Shown one piece after another: positions 43,352 through 57,631 of a stretch of DNA of 64,000 nucleotides. Made by a program: the position numbers and the translations under genes. Positions within the stretch are counted from its first letter, which is position 1. The number at the start of each line of letters is the position of its first letter. The stretch lies in the NCBI RefSeq assembly GCF_009914755.1, contig NC_060947.1; one strand, written 5' to 3'. Source of the DNA: the human T2T-CHM13v2.0 reference genome, Homo sapiens. Below the pieces are notes generated by a model. That model searched no databases, was not told the DNA's origin, and saw only the letters and a list, made by a program, of their open reading frames with translations.

Positions 43352-44478
43352 CTACTCAATGGTTTTCTTATGTTTTACTCTATAGAAACACCTGTTAATA
43401 TATCTTAATAAATAACTGCCCCATGAAATATATATTATCCCAACTTTTATAGCTGAGGAAACAAAAATCTGAAATGTTAACTGATCTTACAGAGGTCACA
43501 CAGCCAAGATCAGTGGTAGAGTAGAAATTCAAACAGATCTTCTGATTTCAGGCCAAAAATTGGCCTATTTATATTGCCCATCTAAGAGTAAAGAACTTTT
43601 AGAAGACCAATATAAAAATGCTGATGCTGCAGTTTGTCCTGGAATTCCAACACCTTTCTGAAACTGAGATTATGTAAACAGATGTTATTTCAAGTCTTAC
43701 CCGATGTTTTAGCTGACAGGTTTTTGTAGTTCATACCACAATTATGAGCTAATGCTATCTTTAACTACTTGATATGAAAAACTGAAGCATGTTCAATATT
43801 TACATTTCATTTTACTAGATCTTAGTCATTTTGTTGTTCAATTTCACATTATAGTTTTATGATTTCTCACTTGTATGAATATTAATTGAAATGGGAAATT
43901 TACTCAGTGATTTAAATGCATGTTTTTTAAGTATTTGGAGGAAAAAAAATTAATTGGGATATATGTCCTGAAAGAAAACAACAATCTTTTCACAGAAATG
44001 GAAATTACTGCCATGTCATTGTATTCCCTGACCATGTACAGTGAACAAAATAGCCAATTAAAGAGTGTGACAACCACTGTCTTGAAATTCCTACAGGTAA
44101 TTTAAAATGCCTTGTTTTTATTTGATTGTGTATATTTTCAACATAGAAATATTTTTTCTCCTTTCAATAATGCTGATTACTGTTTGTTTCTAATTGGTCA
44201 TGGTGACAGAAGGTTGTCTGCAGAGCACCGTAAAGTAAACATGAAGAACCATCTCTCATAATTTTCCCCTCACATTCTCTAGGTTTTAGCCTAGAGTGCC
44301 TCAGGGGGGACGGAGTACCAGACCCTGGACTTTACTTGATTTCTTTTTCTCAAAGTCTCCCAATTCAGAATTCTATTACTCTGATACCCTGCATCTCTTT
44401 TCCTTCAGTGAATGCTTCAAAAATAAAAAATAAAAAAAAAACACATTTTGAGAATAATATTTGTTGAGATTTTGGTTG

Positions 44479-44855
44479 TGTATTAGTCTGTTCTCACACT
44501 GTTATGAAGAAATAGCCAAGACTGGGTAATTTATAAAGGAAAGAGGTTTATTGATTCACAGTTCTGCATGGCTGGGGAGGCCTCAGGAGACTTACAGTCA
44601 TGATGAAAGGCAAAGGAGAAGCAGGCACCTTCTTCACAGGGCTGCAAGAGAGAGAATGAGTGCAAGCAGGAGAAATGCCAGACACTTATAAAACCATCAG
44701 ATCTCATACGACTCACTCTTAATCACAAGAAGAGCATGGGAGAACTGCTCCCATGATACAATTACCTCCACGTGGTCTCGCCCTTGACCTGTGGGGATTA
44801 CGGGGATTACAATTCAAGATGGGATTTTGGGTAGGGACATAGCCAAAACATATCA
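44479..44855 (-). mobile_element. THE1C/D solo LTR
   Basis: tgtattagtctgttctcac ... agccaaaacatatca; 5-bp TSD GGTTG. Confidence 0.9.
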
Positions 44856-45309
44856 GGTTGTATAACAATTTTTTAAAATTTTTGACAAGATACTTGCTAA
44901 AATTTATTTTGACATTGCCAGCTTGCCTAGGATTATAGAATGTCTGAACCAGTAGGGCCACTCGAATTCATTTAGTCCACAATATTTTTTACAAATAGGC
45001 TAAGTGAGGCTCTAAGAGAAGAAGGACCTGGTCCACAGTCACATAGTGAGCTGGTGGCTGGCTTTTCTTGTGTCCAGAGCCCTCTCTTGCTTACTTTCCT
45101 TTGCTCAGTAACCCTCCTTCATCAATATTGGGAATGGGAAGTTTTGCTCATGCAAGCTCACCTGAATATATAATGTATTAGCCTGACAAGAACCAGATAT
45201 ATGATTCTCAATTCCTTTCACATGCAACCTGTGATCCTTTAAACCCTCCAATATATTGCCACAAACATTGTATGGCAGATAGCCATAAGACTGCATGGAA
45301 TATACAGAT

Positions 45310-47594
45310 TGTATTAGTCTGTTTTCACTCTGCTATAAGAACATACCCGGCACTGGGAAATTTATAAAAGAAAGAGGTTTAATTGACTCACACTTCAGCA
45401 TGGCCAGGGAGGCATCAGGAAACTGACAATCATGGAAGAAGAGGAAGCAAACACGTTCTTCTTCGCAGGGTGGCAGGAAAGAGAAGAATGAGAGCCAAAG
45501 GAAGGGGGAAGCCCCTTATAAAACCATCAGGTCTTGTGAGAACTTACTCACTATCAGAAGAATAGCCTGAGAAATACTGCCCCCATAATTCCATTACCTC
45601 CCACCAGTTTCCTCCCATCACACATGGGAATTATGGGTACTACAATTCAAAACGAGATTTTGGTGAAGACAGAGCCAAACCATATCATTGTACCCCTGGC
45701 CCCACCCAAATCTCATTTCCTCACATTTTAAACCTTAAATCATGCCCTTCTAACAGTCCCCCAAGGACTTAATTCATTCCAGCATTAACTCAGCATTCAA
45801 GTCCAAACTCTCATCTGAGACAAGGCAAGTCCATTCCACCTATGAGCCTATAAAATCAAAAGCAAGTTAGGTACTTTCTACATATAATTGGGGTACAGGC
45901 ATTGGGTAAATACACCCATTCCAAGTGTTATAAATTGGCCAAAAGAAAGGGGCTACAGGCCACATGCAAGTCCAAAATCCAATAGGGCAGTCATTAAATC
46001 TTAAAGTTCCAAAATAATCTCATTTGACTCTATGTCTCACATCCAGGGCACGCTGATGCAAGAGGTGGGCTCCGACAGCCTTGGGCAGCTCCACTCATGT
46101 GGCTTTGCAGGGTACAGCCCCCCACCCAGCTGCTTTCACAGCTGGCATTGAGTATCTGCATCTTTTCTAGGCTCACGGTGCAAGCTGTCAGTGGATCTAT
46201 CATTCTGGGGTCTGGAGGATGGTAGCCCTCTTCTCACAGCTCCACTAAGCAGTACTCCAGTGGGAACTCTGTGTGGGGGCTTTGATCCCACATTTTTGTT
46301 CTGCATTGCCCTAGCAAAGGTTCTCCATGAGGGCCCTGCTGCTGTAGCAAACTTCTGCCTGGACATCCAGGCATTTCCATACATCCTCTGAAATCTAGGT
46401 GGAGGTTCCCAAATCTCAATTCTTGTCTTCTGTGCACTCACAGGCCCAATACAACTTAGAAGCTGTGAATGTTTGGGGCTTGCATCCTCTGAAACAATGG
46501 CCTGAGCTGTACCTTGGCCCCTTTTAGCTATGGCTGGAGTACCTGGGATATAGGGCACCAAATCCTAGGTTGTACACAGCAGAGAAACCCTGGACCTGGC
46601 CCAGAATACCATTTTTCTCTCCTAGGCCTCCAGGCCTGTGATGGGAGGGGCTGCCACGAATGTCTCTGACATGCCCTGGAGGCATGTTCCCCATTGTCCT
46701 GGCAACTAGCATTTGGCTCCTCCTTACTTATGAAAATTTCTGCAGCAGGGCTGAATTTTTTTCCCAGAAAGTGGGTTTTTCTTTTCTATTGCATTTTCAG
46801 GCTGCAAATTTTCCAAACTTTTATGCTCTATCACCTCTTATATGCTTTGCTGCTTAGAAATTTCTTCTGCCAGATACCCTAAATCATCTCTCTTAAGTTC
46901 AAAGTTCCACAGTTCTCCAAGGCAGGGGCAAAAAGCCACCCGTCCCTTTGCTAAAGCATAGCAAGAATGACCTCTACTCCAGTTCTCAACAAGTTGCTCA
47001 TCTCTATCTGAGACACCTCAGCCTGGACTTCATCATCCATATCACTATCAGCATTTTGGTCAAAGCCATTCAACAAGTCTCTAGGAAGTTTCAAACTTTT
47101 CCATACCTTCCTGCCTTTTTCTGAGCCCTCCAAACTGTTCCAACCTCTGCCTGTTACCAAGTTCCAAAGTCACTTCCACATTTTTGGGTATCCTTATAGC
47201 AGCAACCCACTTTCTGTGGCACCAATTTACTGTATTAGTCCATTCTCACTCTGCTGTAAAGAAATAGCTGAGACTAGGTAATTTATAAAAAAAAAAAAAC
47301 TGATTTAATTGACTCACAGTTCTGCATGGCTGGGGAGGCTTCAGGAAACTTACAATCATGGAGGAAGGCATCCCTTCACAGGGTGGCAGGAGAGAGAATG
47401 AGTGACAGCAAGGGAAATGCCAGGTGCTTATAAAACCATCAGATCTCATGAGAACTTACTATCATGAGAATAGCATGGGGGAAACTGCCCCCATGATTCA
47501 ATTACCTCTTACCAGGTCCCCACACAACACATGAGGATTATGGGAACCACAATTTGAGATGAGATTTGGGTGGGGACACAGCCAAATCATATCA
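45310..47594 (-). mobile_element. Full-length THE1 MaLR (LTR 45310-45687, internal, LTR 47231-47594)
   Basis: LTR-int-LTR structure; 5-bp TSD CAGAT at 45305-45309 and 47595-47599. Confidence 0.93.
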
Positions 47595-48785
47595 CAGATT
47601 AAACCCTGGAGTGACTAAACTCAAATATGAACTAGTTTTGTCTTATATAAATACCTTCTCTGCCCTCTGAAAACCCATTGGCCATATATGGGCAAGGCTG
47701 TGGGTATTACAGTGGTATAGTTTATTTTAAGATTGAAAGCATAAAGTGTGTCTCCAAGTTCTGCCTCAACCCACATAGACATATTCTCAAACAGATATAT
47801 TTCCTTCTTGCCCCTTGGACTATTTTCAGTTACAGACCAGAAACCTTCTATGGAGCTTCCATCTCTCCTGGGACAGTGTTTCATTTGAACTCGCTTTGGT
47901 TCTTGAACCTGTCCTTTTTCTCTGGAATGTCTAATGGAAGAATTTCTTTGGCTCAATACCCACTGTTGTGAGGTGAGTCAGGCCACACCCACTCAAGAAT
48001 GGGTGAGAACTCCAGGATTCCACTTGCTACAGTAGCAAGTTTGGATGTTCCCAAAGTAAATAATAATAATAATAATTTAATTAAAGCTATTTATTAGCTT
48101 AATTTTTAAAAGTGTTTTACATATTAAAAATATAAGTGGGTCATTTTCACACAAGTTAACCTAGCCTTTGGCATTATCTATATGGAACAAATTAAAATGT
48201 GAATAATAAAATTAAGTGGGTAATTAAAAAAATAAACCCTTGATTAGGGAAGAAATTAGTTTTGGTGGAGGCCTGAATTAACCATATTCCCCTTCTATCT
48301 ACATCAAATTTAGCTAATAGCCTTATTTCATCATTGTGCTTAAGAGTCACTATCCCAGGCCAAATGGAATTTACTCAGTTCAGCAGCAACCATTAATGTG
48401 GCCCAAAGTGAGGTGTCAAGTTTCCCACCCTGAACTCTATTCCTGATGTCAACTGTCATAGTTGCAAGGTTAAGAGATAGTCCCAGGTTATTCATCACAT
48501 ATAAGCATGGCCACAATGTGGGTATAAAGTGCCCTTGTAAAATGGAAACTACTTAATTAAACAAACAACGAACCCCAGAGCTTTTGCACATTACAAATAA
48601 GTCCAGCAATGCAAAAACAACCCTGATGCAAGTGTCTCCATGTGCCCAGCACATAATCGACACAATATATATCCTTCCCTTGTGTGGAAAGAAAGAAGAA
48701 GAAATAATCATTTCAAGTTTGGCATTCCATATATCAGTTTCAGTGAATGTAAATTACTTATGATTTGCACAGTAATCCCATAAAT

Positions 48786-48931
48786 CAGCTTCCGAAACTT
48801 TAAGGTATGTACGCAGGAATCACCTGGGCATCTTGTAGAAATTCAGATTCAGATTTACTGGGCCCAAGATTATGCATGGAAAAACAAGACCCACACTGCT
48901 AGTCTATGCACCATACTTTAAGTATCAAGGC
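48786..48931. mobile_element. MER5-like hAT-Charlie MITE
   Basis: gaatcacctgggcatcttgt...cagattc...accatactttaagtatcaagg. Confidence 0.6.
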
Positions 48932-49309
48932 TCTAGACTAGAGGTTTTCAATTAGTTTGATGCAGTGCTGTAGTAAGAATGGAATATTACAGCCAAAGAT
49001 ACTTACATTCACATAAATGGGGGAAGGCGGGCAAGACCTGAGGCAGGTACTTCAAGCAGTGCTGTTCACCCCAGTAGTTGTGCAAATGTTATTTTCTACG
49101 TGTGCCAGGATAGAAGAAAGGTGTGGAAATACATCTCTAAATAACAATGGAGGTTTTCCATAATTTCTGTCATTGCAATAAATTATCCTTAATAATAATC
49201 ACAATTATAACAATAATTATCATATATTGCACACTTACTATGTGCAATAATTTTGCCAAATATGTCACATTAGCTTACTCATATAAACTTCATGACAATC
49301 ATCAGATAT

Positions 49310-49745
49310 ATCAGCCCCTACATAACCTCAGCTATTCCTATGGCTTTGTACTTTAAATAGTATCTATATACTGATGATTCCCAAATTTATGTCTGCAGCA
49401 CTGACTCCCCTGAACTCCGGGTGTGTTATCCAATTGGCTACTTGACATCTCTGCTTGGAAATGGTCAAAATCTATAACATGTTCCAAGTAGAATTCCTGC
49501 TCCTCTCCCAGACTTCCATCCAATTAGTCCAGCCCAAACGCTAGGAATTGTGTCGTTTGTTGGTTTTTTTGTTTGTTTGTTTTACTTCTCTTGCTCTTAT
49601 CCTACACATGTAATTCATTAGAAAATATTGTCAGCTCAACTTTCAAAATATAATCCAAGTCAATCTACTTCTCTTCATCTTCACTGGCACCATCAACTCT
49701 TGCTTGGATCAGTGAAACAGCCTCCTGGCTGTTCTCTCTCTGTTC
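49310..49745 (+). mobile_element. L2 fragment
   Basis: tatactgatgattcccaaatttatgtctgcagc...cttgacatctctgcttgga. Confidence 0.7.
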
Positions 49746-49834
49746 TTCTGTTTAAGCAGCTTTGATTGACGGGAAGGATACTGGATGTTTGTAAGTGGCA
49801 GCTGGTGAGCCCAGACCAGTGGATTTGAGCCAGA

Positions 49835-50095
49835 TGATAATAGCAAACACTTATATTGCACTACTATGCCCCAAATGCCTTGTTAAGTACAATGCATGTA
49901 AGTAACAGATTTACTACTCACAATAACCCTCTGAGTCATGTTCTATTATTACCCCCACTTTATAGATGAAGAAACTAATGAATAGAGAAATCATGTAATT
50001 TTTCCAAGGTCATTTAATTAGTGAACAATTAAACCAGGATTCAAGACAAGGCAGTATGACTCAAGAGTATGTTATTTGAAATCCTCTACTCAACT
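49835..50095 (-). mobile_element. MIR
   Basis: ctcacaataaccct...cactttatagatgaagaaact...ccaaggtca...caggattcaagacaaggcagt. Confidence 0.8.
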
Positions 50096-50929
50096 CTCTG
50101 ATGAAAAGCTCTGTCACACTAAAGAGTATGCACTGTGACCTGAAGGCCAAGCAAAGGATTATTTAATTAAACAAATCCACTAAGTCAATCATGTGGTCTT
50201 TTTATCTATGGGCAAGTAAATAAAGACAAGCAAATGATTATTTTATAACTGAATTGATCATCTGAGTGAACTGAATCGAAATAGTTAAATTACTTAAGCA
50301 AATAAGCAGCTTACCTTGGAAGCTGTGTGTATTGCTAATTCTGCTGGTCCATTCTGACATCCTCTGGGAAGTGTGCTTAGGGTACCACAATTGCTTTAGA
50401 TAAGGAATGCTAGTCTGGTGCTTCCATATAGTTATACCAATATATATTTTAATACTTTTTCTCAATGTATAATTCTAGTTTGAATACAAAGTAAAAGAGT
50501 ATGAATACCAATCTCTTTCATGATTATAACAAAACCTTGCCTAGTCTGAAAAATATGTCCCAAGAAATTTGGCTTATATTTAACTTACCTCTTAGGGAAT
50601 AAAACCTAGATTGTAATTCAGTACCTCTTTTGCAGCAATCAGTTGCTGCATTATACTAATACAAAAGATTTATTCATTCCGATCACTTGCCTCTACAGGT
50701 GTAATAGGAAAGCCACATAACAGAAGGCACACGATCCCCTGGTAAATTTTGCATGTGACTCTTTTAGCACTATTCACAATATATCAACATGGTCTGCTTA
50801 TGTGGCCTGGCCATCTCCCACACTGGAAGCACCTCCACGACAACAACTATTTTGTCAGCTTTAGATCTCAAGCAACTAGAAGAGTGCCTAGAAAAAAAAA
50901 GACTTATTAGTAAGTGATTATTAGATACC

Positions 50930-52312
50930 TGAAGTGGCCTTTGACATAGCTGATTACATTTTCCTTCTTAAATACCTTTTTTACTTAGCATCTGATACAC
51001 TATTTTCTCCTGGTTGCTCTTATACAATTAATGGCTATTTCTTTTCAGTATTTCAAGCATCTACACATACTTTCTGGTTAAATATATCCAGTCTCATAAC
51101 TTTAAATGCCATGTATATGTTGAAGATTCTAAAATCTTTGTCTTTAACACAGATCTGTCACTCAAACTCTAGACTCACATAGTCAAGTGCCTATTCTACA
51201 TTTCCATTTCAGTGTCTAAACACAAACCTAATATATCCATTGTCCAAACCCTGATTTCTGTCTCCTAGCTTTCTATTCTTACAGTCTTCCCCATCTCAGC
51301 AAGTGGCAAGTTAATTTTTCTCAAGGAAAAATGTACAGTTTTACAAATATGTCCAATCTGTCAAGCAAGTCATATGGTCTCTATTTTCAGATTCTATCCC
51401 CAACTCAACCATTTTTCTCCAGCTCCACTGCTAGTATCCTAGTTCAAGCCACCATCAATCACTCGCCTCAGTTATTCCCTAAGTGTCCTAACTGGTCTAC
51501 CTATTTCAACCTTTGCCCTCCTACAATCATTTTCAACACAGCAGCCAGGGTGACCCTTTCAAAACCTAAAGCATCTCACTTCTCTTCCCAAAAACAGGTG
51601 ATTGTTTCGAAGCACACTTAGAACAAAATCCAGTTTTCATGCAATCCTTCACAGGCAATACATAGTTTTTCCTGCCTCCCTCTCTCCATCTGACCTCACC
51701 ACCAGATTACCACTGTCTTCCCAGTTCACTCTCCAGCTACACTGGCCTCCTTGATATTCTGGGGAATATACAAGCCATATTTTCTGCCTCGAATTCTCTT
51801 TATATCTCTATCATCTTTTTTTAGGTCTCTCCTCAAAGGCTTCTTTTGAAAAAAAGTCTTCCCTGACCACCCAATATGGAATGACCCACTCCTCACTCTC
51901 ATCAAGCTCTATCTCATTTTACTCTGAGTCAGTTTCTTTTCGTAACACTTATTACCACCTGACATGTTGTATATTTGTTTCTTTAAATTTTCTGTGTCCC
52001 CGCTCTACGCTATTAGCTTCATGAGAACAGGGCCTTCATGTATTTCTAGTACCCAGAATAATGCCTGGAACAGTGTGAGCACTCAGTATTTCTTGAAGAA
52101 ATAGAGGAACAAAATGGCAGATTCTAGAAAACAAATGATAAATTGTAATTTATACTTGTAGCTGGTGAAATAAATTTTGAATGGCCAGAATCTGTGAGTT
52201 CACACTGAGCTCCTTAAGTAGCTTTGGACACTGCCTTATGCATCTTTGTATCCTTAATGCCTTGTATAGAAGGGGGATGTGTAATGTACTCAATAAATGT
52301 TGAATGAATGAG
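50930..52312 (+). mobile_element. L2 (long fragment plus a second 3' end)
   Basis: tttgacatagctgat...caagccaccatc...cagccagggtgaccc...ctcaataaatgttgaatgaatga. Confidence 0.75.
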
Positions 52313-53162
52313 TATATTTTCATATTAGAAAAAAAAAACACTAGCTATTTCAACTTGTGATCCCTGGATTGATGTGAGGCAGGTTTGCTAAGGGTGGTTG
52401 TAAAACACTTTACAGTTTTCGGGCACTAGGGCCATGCTTGATAGCAGCTAGATTTTTATTTGAATGGAGCAGCCATTAGTACTATGGTTAGTTCAGCAAT
52501 CTGATTTGTCCACAAGGGCTCCTTCATGTGGCTTTAACGGTCCTTCTTTTATGAGGGAATTAACCCGCTTGCCTTTGCAGATAGGAAGATAGGGGCATTA
52601 CGGATGCAATCACAGCACTGTAAAAAGAGTAAAGTCCTATAAAGCTTTATATTTATGCCAAACTACAGTCATTTGGGAATGACCCAGAATCATACAGTCT
52701 ATTCTAAAATATAAATGAAATTATGGCTGAATATCAGATAAATTCAGTTAACATATAAAAATGCTTATTTTAAAAATTATTCATCAATATTGAAAAGGTC
52801 ATGCTATTAAAAAGCACATAATATTCCTTTTTTTAAATATTTTACTGCATTTTTGAAATCTCCTGAATGTTATTTTCCTAAAATTACATTTTCTAAATAT
52901 AGGGTACCCTTAAAATGCATCATTTAAACTGGGAACCTTTGAGAGGTAAAGAGGGCTGTGACAATACTTTTGGCTGATCACAGGAACAAACAGACTGCCT
53001 CAGGCCATCTGAGACATAATATTCCTCTACTCAAATGTATATTAGTCAACTTTTACATAGTTAAATTTGGTTTAAAAACATCCAGATTCCTAGTTAACTT
53101 TCATTCAGGTTATAAAAAGATAGGTAGCCAATACAATTAATCTGATGACCTGTATTATATAT

Positions 53163-55419
53163 TGACACGGTTTGGCTGTGTCCCCACCCAAATCTCATGT
53201 TGGGTCATAGCTCCCATATTTCCCATGTGTTGTGTGAGGTACCCAGTTGGAGGTAATTAAATCATGGGGGCAGGTATTTCCCATGCTGTTATCATGTTAG
53301 TGAATAAGTCTCTTCAGATTTGATGGTTTTATAAAGGGGAGTTCCCCTACAGAACCTCTCTTGCCTGTTGCCATGTAATACATGACTTTGCTCTTTGTTT
53401 GTCTTCTGCAATGATTGTGAGGCCTCCCCAGCCACGTGGAACTGTGAGTCAATTAAACCTCTTTCCTTTGTAATTACTCAGTCTCGGTATGTCTTTATTA
53501 GCAGCATGAGAACAGATTAATACAGTAACTTGGTACCAGTAGAGTGGGATGCTGATGTAAAGATACCTGAAAATATGGAAGTGACTTTAAAACTCCGTAA
53601 CAGGCAGAGAGGTTGGAACAGTTTGGAGGACTCAGAAAAAGACAAGAAAATGTGGAAAAGTTTGCGGCTTCCTAGAGACTTGTTGAATGACTTTGGCCAA
53701 AATGCTGATAGTGATATGGACAATAAAGTCCAGGCTGAGGTGGTCTCAGATAGAGATGAGGAACTTGTTGAGAACTAGAATAAGGTCACTCTTGCTATGC
53801 AAAATCACTGGAGGCATTTTGCCACAGCCCTAGAAATCTGTGGAACTTTGAACTTGAGAGAAATAATTTAGGGTATCCGGCAGAAGGAATTTCTGACTGG
53901 CAAAACATTCAAGAGGGAGCAGAACATAAAAGTTCAAAAAATTTGTAGCCTGGCTATGCATTAGAAAAGAAAACCTCATTTTCTGGGGAGAAATTTAAGC
54001 CTGCTGCAGAAATTTGCAATAGTAATAAGGAACCTCATGTTAATCACCAAGACAATGGGAAAGATGTCTCCAGGGCATGTCAGAGACCTTTGTGGCAGTG
54101 CCTCCTATCACAGACCTGAAGGCCTAGGAAGAAAAAAAATGCTTTCCTGGGCTGAGCCCAAGACGCCTCCCTGCTGTATGCAACCTAGGGACTTTGTGCC
54201 CTGCATCCCAGCCACGGCAGCTGTGGCTAAAAGTGGCCAAGGTACAGCTTGGGTCGTGGCTTCAGAGGGTGCAAGCTTCAAGCATTGGCAGCTTCCGTGT
54301 GGTGGTGAGCCTGTGGTTGCACAGAAGTCAAGAATTGAGGTTTGGGAACATCTGCCTAGATTTCAGAGGATATATGGAAACACCTGGCTGTCCAGGCAGA
54401 TGTGTGCTGCAGGGGCACAGCCCTCATGGAGAACCTCTGCTAGGGCAGTGCAGAAGGGAAATGTGGGGTCAGAGCCCCCACAGAGTTCCCACTGGGGCAC
54501 TACCTAGTGGAGCTGTGAGAAGAGGGCCACTGTCCTCCAGACCCCAGAATGGTAGATCCACCAAGAGCTTGCACCATGTTCCTGGAAAAGACACAGACAC
54601 TCAGCATCAGCCCATGAAAGCAGCCAGGAGGGGGGCTGTACCATGAAAGCCACAGGGGCAGAGTTGCTCAAGGCCATGTGACCCCACCTCTTGCATTGAT
54701 GTGACCTGGATGTGAGACACGGAGTCAAAGGAGATCATTTTGGAGCTTTAAGATTTCATTGCCCTGTTAGATTTCAGACTTTAATGGGGCCTGCAGCCAC
54801 TTTTTTTGGCCAATTTTTCCCATTTGGAATGGGTGTATTTGCCAAACGCCTGTACCCCCTTGTATCTTGGAAGGAACTAACTTGCTTTTCATTTTACAGG
54901 CTCATAGGTGAAAGGGACTTGCCTTGTCTCAGATGAGACTTTGGACTGTGGACTTCTGAGTTAATGCTGAAATGGGTTAAGACTTTGGAGGGCTGCTGGG
55001 AAGTCATGACTGGTTTTGAAATCTGAAGACGTAAAATTTAGGAAGGGCTAGGGACAGAATGATATGGTTTGGCACTGTCTTCAGTTAAATCTCATCTTGA
55101 ACTGTAGCTCCCATAATTCCCACACATCATAGGAGAGACCCAGTGGGAGGTAATTGAATCATGGGGACAGGTCTTTCCTGTACTCTTCTCATGATAGTAA
55201 GTCTCATGAGATCTGATGGTTTTATAAAAGGGAGTTCCCCTACACAAACTCTCTTCTCTGCTGCCATATGAGACATGACTTTGCTCTTCATTTGTCTTCT
55301 ACCATGATTGCGAGGCCTCCCCAGCCATGTGAATCTGTGATTCAATTAAACCTCTTTCCTTTATAAATTACCCAATCTCGAGTATGTCTTTATTAGCAGT
55401 GTGAGAAGAGACTAATACA
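53163..55419 (+). mobile_element. Full-length THE1B MaLR (LTR 53163-53524, internal, LTR 55060-55419)
   Basis: LTR-int-LTR structure; 5-bp TSD TATAT. Confidence 0.93.
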
Positions 55420-56054
55420 TATATATTTTTGTTTCTTTTTCCCCGTGTCATTTCACTTATGACACACAAACATTATCATTTTTGACAGAGGAGGAAGTAG
55501 TTTATGCAACCAGTCAGAAACTCACAGATCAGTAAAGAGAACTAGCATTTATTCTAGGTGTCTGGACTGCCAAGTCAGATAATAAATGACAGAATTGAGA
55601 TTAAAATACAAATATGTCTACCTTTAGGTCCATGTTCTCTCCACCCACAGCACAACAACACTTATTAATGCTTTCTCAGTGGGTGGGGATGAAAACAAAT
55701 CATATAGCTCATGAGTTGATGAATATTTAAGCTGAGCGACGGGTAAATAGAAGCTAATTACACTAGTCAATGTTTTGTTTGTGTTTGTCATTTTCCATAA
55801 TAAAAAGTCTGTTTTAAATAGCTTTTCTTCTTTTCACTTCACTGACTTCAACTTTCCTTAAATGCTAGGTTTAGTATTAGTGCATATGCATTGCCATTTT
55901 TCTTTAAGTTTTTATGATGATAACATTAATATATACTCATTTAAAATATTCAGAAAGTACAAGTGTATAAAATAGAAAATAAATCATTTATAACCCACTT
56001 ACCCGGAAATGAATATTTTAATATATTGATGTCTCATTTTCTATTTCATTTTTT

Positions 56055-56575
56055 CTTTTTATTGTGTTTTGAAATACACATGAAATTTACCAAATTAAAT
56101 ATTTTAAAGTGTACATCTAAGTGGTATTGAGTATATTCACAACGTTGTGCAACCATCAACACCACCTAGTTACAGTACCTTTTCATCACTACAAAGGAAA
56201 TTCCAAAACTAATGTATCACTTAATCACTCCCCATTCTCCCCTGGCCCTGGCAACCACTAACCTGCCTTCTGTCTTTATGTATTTGCCTATTTTGGACAG
56301 TAACATATAGATGTAAAATATTATATATAATATTACATATATGTAATATTTTACATATATAAATGTAATCATATAGTATTTGTTTTTTGTGACTAGTTTA
56401 TTTCACTTAATTTTTTCAAGATTCATTCATACTGTATAATATATCAGTACTTCATTCCTTTTATGCCTGAATAATGTTTCATTGTATACATATACCACAT
56501 TTCATTTATCTGTTCATCAGTTGATATGAATTGGAGTTGCTTCTACCTTTTGGTAATTTTTAATAATGCTAATGT
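56055..56575 (-). mobile_element. L1MB-type 3' end
   Basis: tttaaagtgtaca...atattcacaacgttgtgcaaccatca...ctggcaaccactaacctgc. Confidence 0.75.
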
Positions 56576-56596
56576 CTACAGTATTTTTAAATTAAC

Positions 56597-56997
56597 TGTG
56601 TTAAGTTATTCTTACATTGCTATACAGAAATACCTAAAATTAGTTAATTTATGAGAAAAAAGGTTTAATTGGCTGATAGTTCTGCAGGCTGTACAAGGAT
56701 GGTGCTAACATAATTTAGCTTCTGGGGAGGCCTCAGGGACCTTTTACTCAATACAGAAGGTGAAGGGGAAGCAAGCAAATGACATAGTGAAAGCAGGACA
56801 AATCACATAGTGAAAGCAAGAGAGAGTGAGAGGGAGGTGCCACACACTTTTAAATGATCAGATCTCATGAGAACTATCACAAAGATAGCACCAAGCTGTA
56901 AATGATCCATCCCCTTGATCCATACACCTCCAACCAGGCATTGAGAATTGCAGTTCAACATGAGATTTGGGCAGGGACAAATAGCTAAACTATATCG
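56597..56997 (-). mobile_element. MSTB-like MaLR LTR
   Basis: cattgctatacagaaatacc...gttctgcaggctgtacaagg...gggacaaatagctaaactatatc. Confidence 0.8.
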
Positions 56998-56999
56998 CT

Positions 57000-57630
57000 G
57001 ACTTTTCATTTTTAAATAACATTTAATTCACATGCACTTGTAGTATATAATACAGACAAATTTCCCTGTACTCTTTACCTACTTTCCCCCAGTGGTAGCT
57101 TCTTTAAAACTATGCTACAATATCACCTCCAGGATACTGATGTTGGTACAGTCAAGATACAGATTAGTTCATCACAATAAAACCTCATATTGCCCTTTCA
57201 TAGCCACACACACACCTGTCTACTGCTACCATTCCCTCAGTAACCCCAATAACCATGAAACTCATATTTTCTATAATTTTGATATTTCAAGAACATTTCA
57301 TAAATAAAATTATATACTATGTAACATTTGGGATTCTTTTCCACTCAGGATAATATTTCGGAGTCTATGCAGGTTGTTTTATGTGTCAATGTTTTATTCT
57401 ATTTTATTGCTGAGTAATATTCTGAAATCTGTGTGAACATATGTTTCCGTTTCTCTGGGACAAATGCACGGTTGTATGTATAGCTTTTGTTGTTACTTTT
57501 TATTGTTTCTTTTTTTTTAAGTGCCAAACTGCTTTGTAGAGTGGCTTCTTTGCCTTTTAATATTTTATTCGGTTATAACTAAGTGGTTCTGTTACTCTGG
57601 ATTCTTGCCAGCAGTTGGTATTGTCATTAC
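57000..57630 (-). mobile_element. L1MD/MC-type 3' end
   Basis: taattcacatgcacttgtag...tacaatatcacctccaggatactga. Confidence 0.6.
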
Positions 57631-57631
57631 T

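Noticed and set aside
54037-54646. 150-156 aa ORFs in THE1 internal sequence (also 46136-46561)
   Set aside because: Fragments of the degenerate MaLR internal region, broken by frameshifts and stops.
56777-56820. ~23-bp tandem duplication inside the MST LTR
   Set aside because: Ordinary slippage duplication with no further structure.
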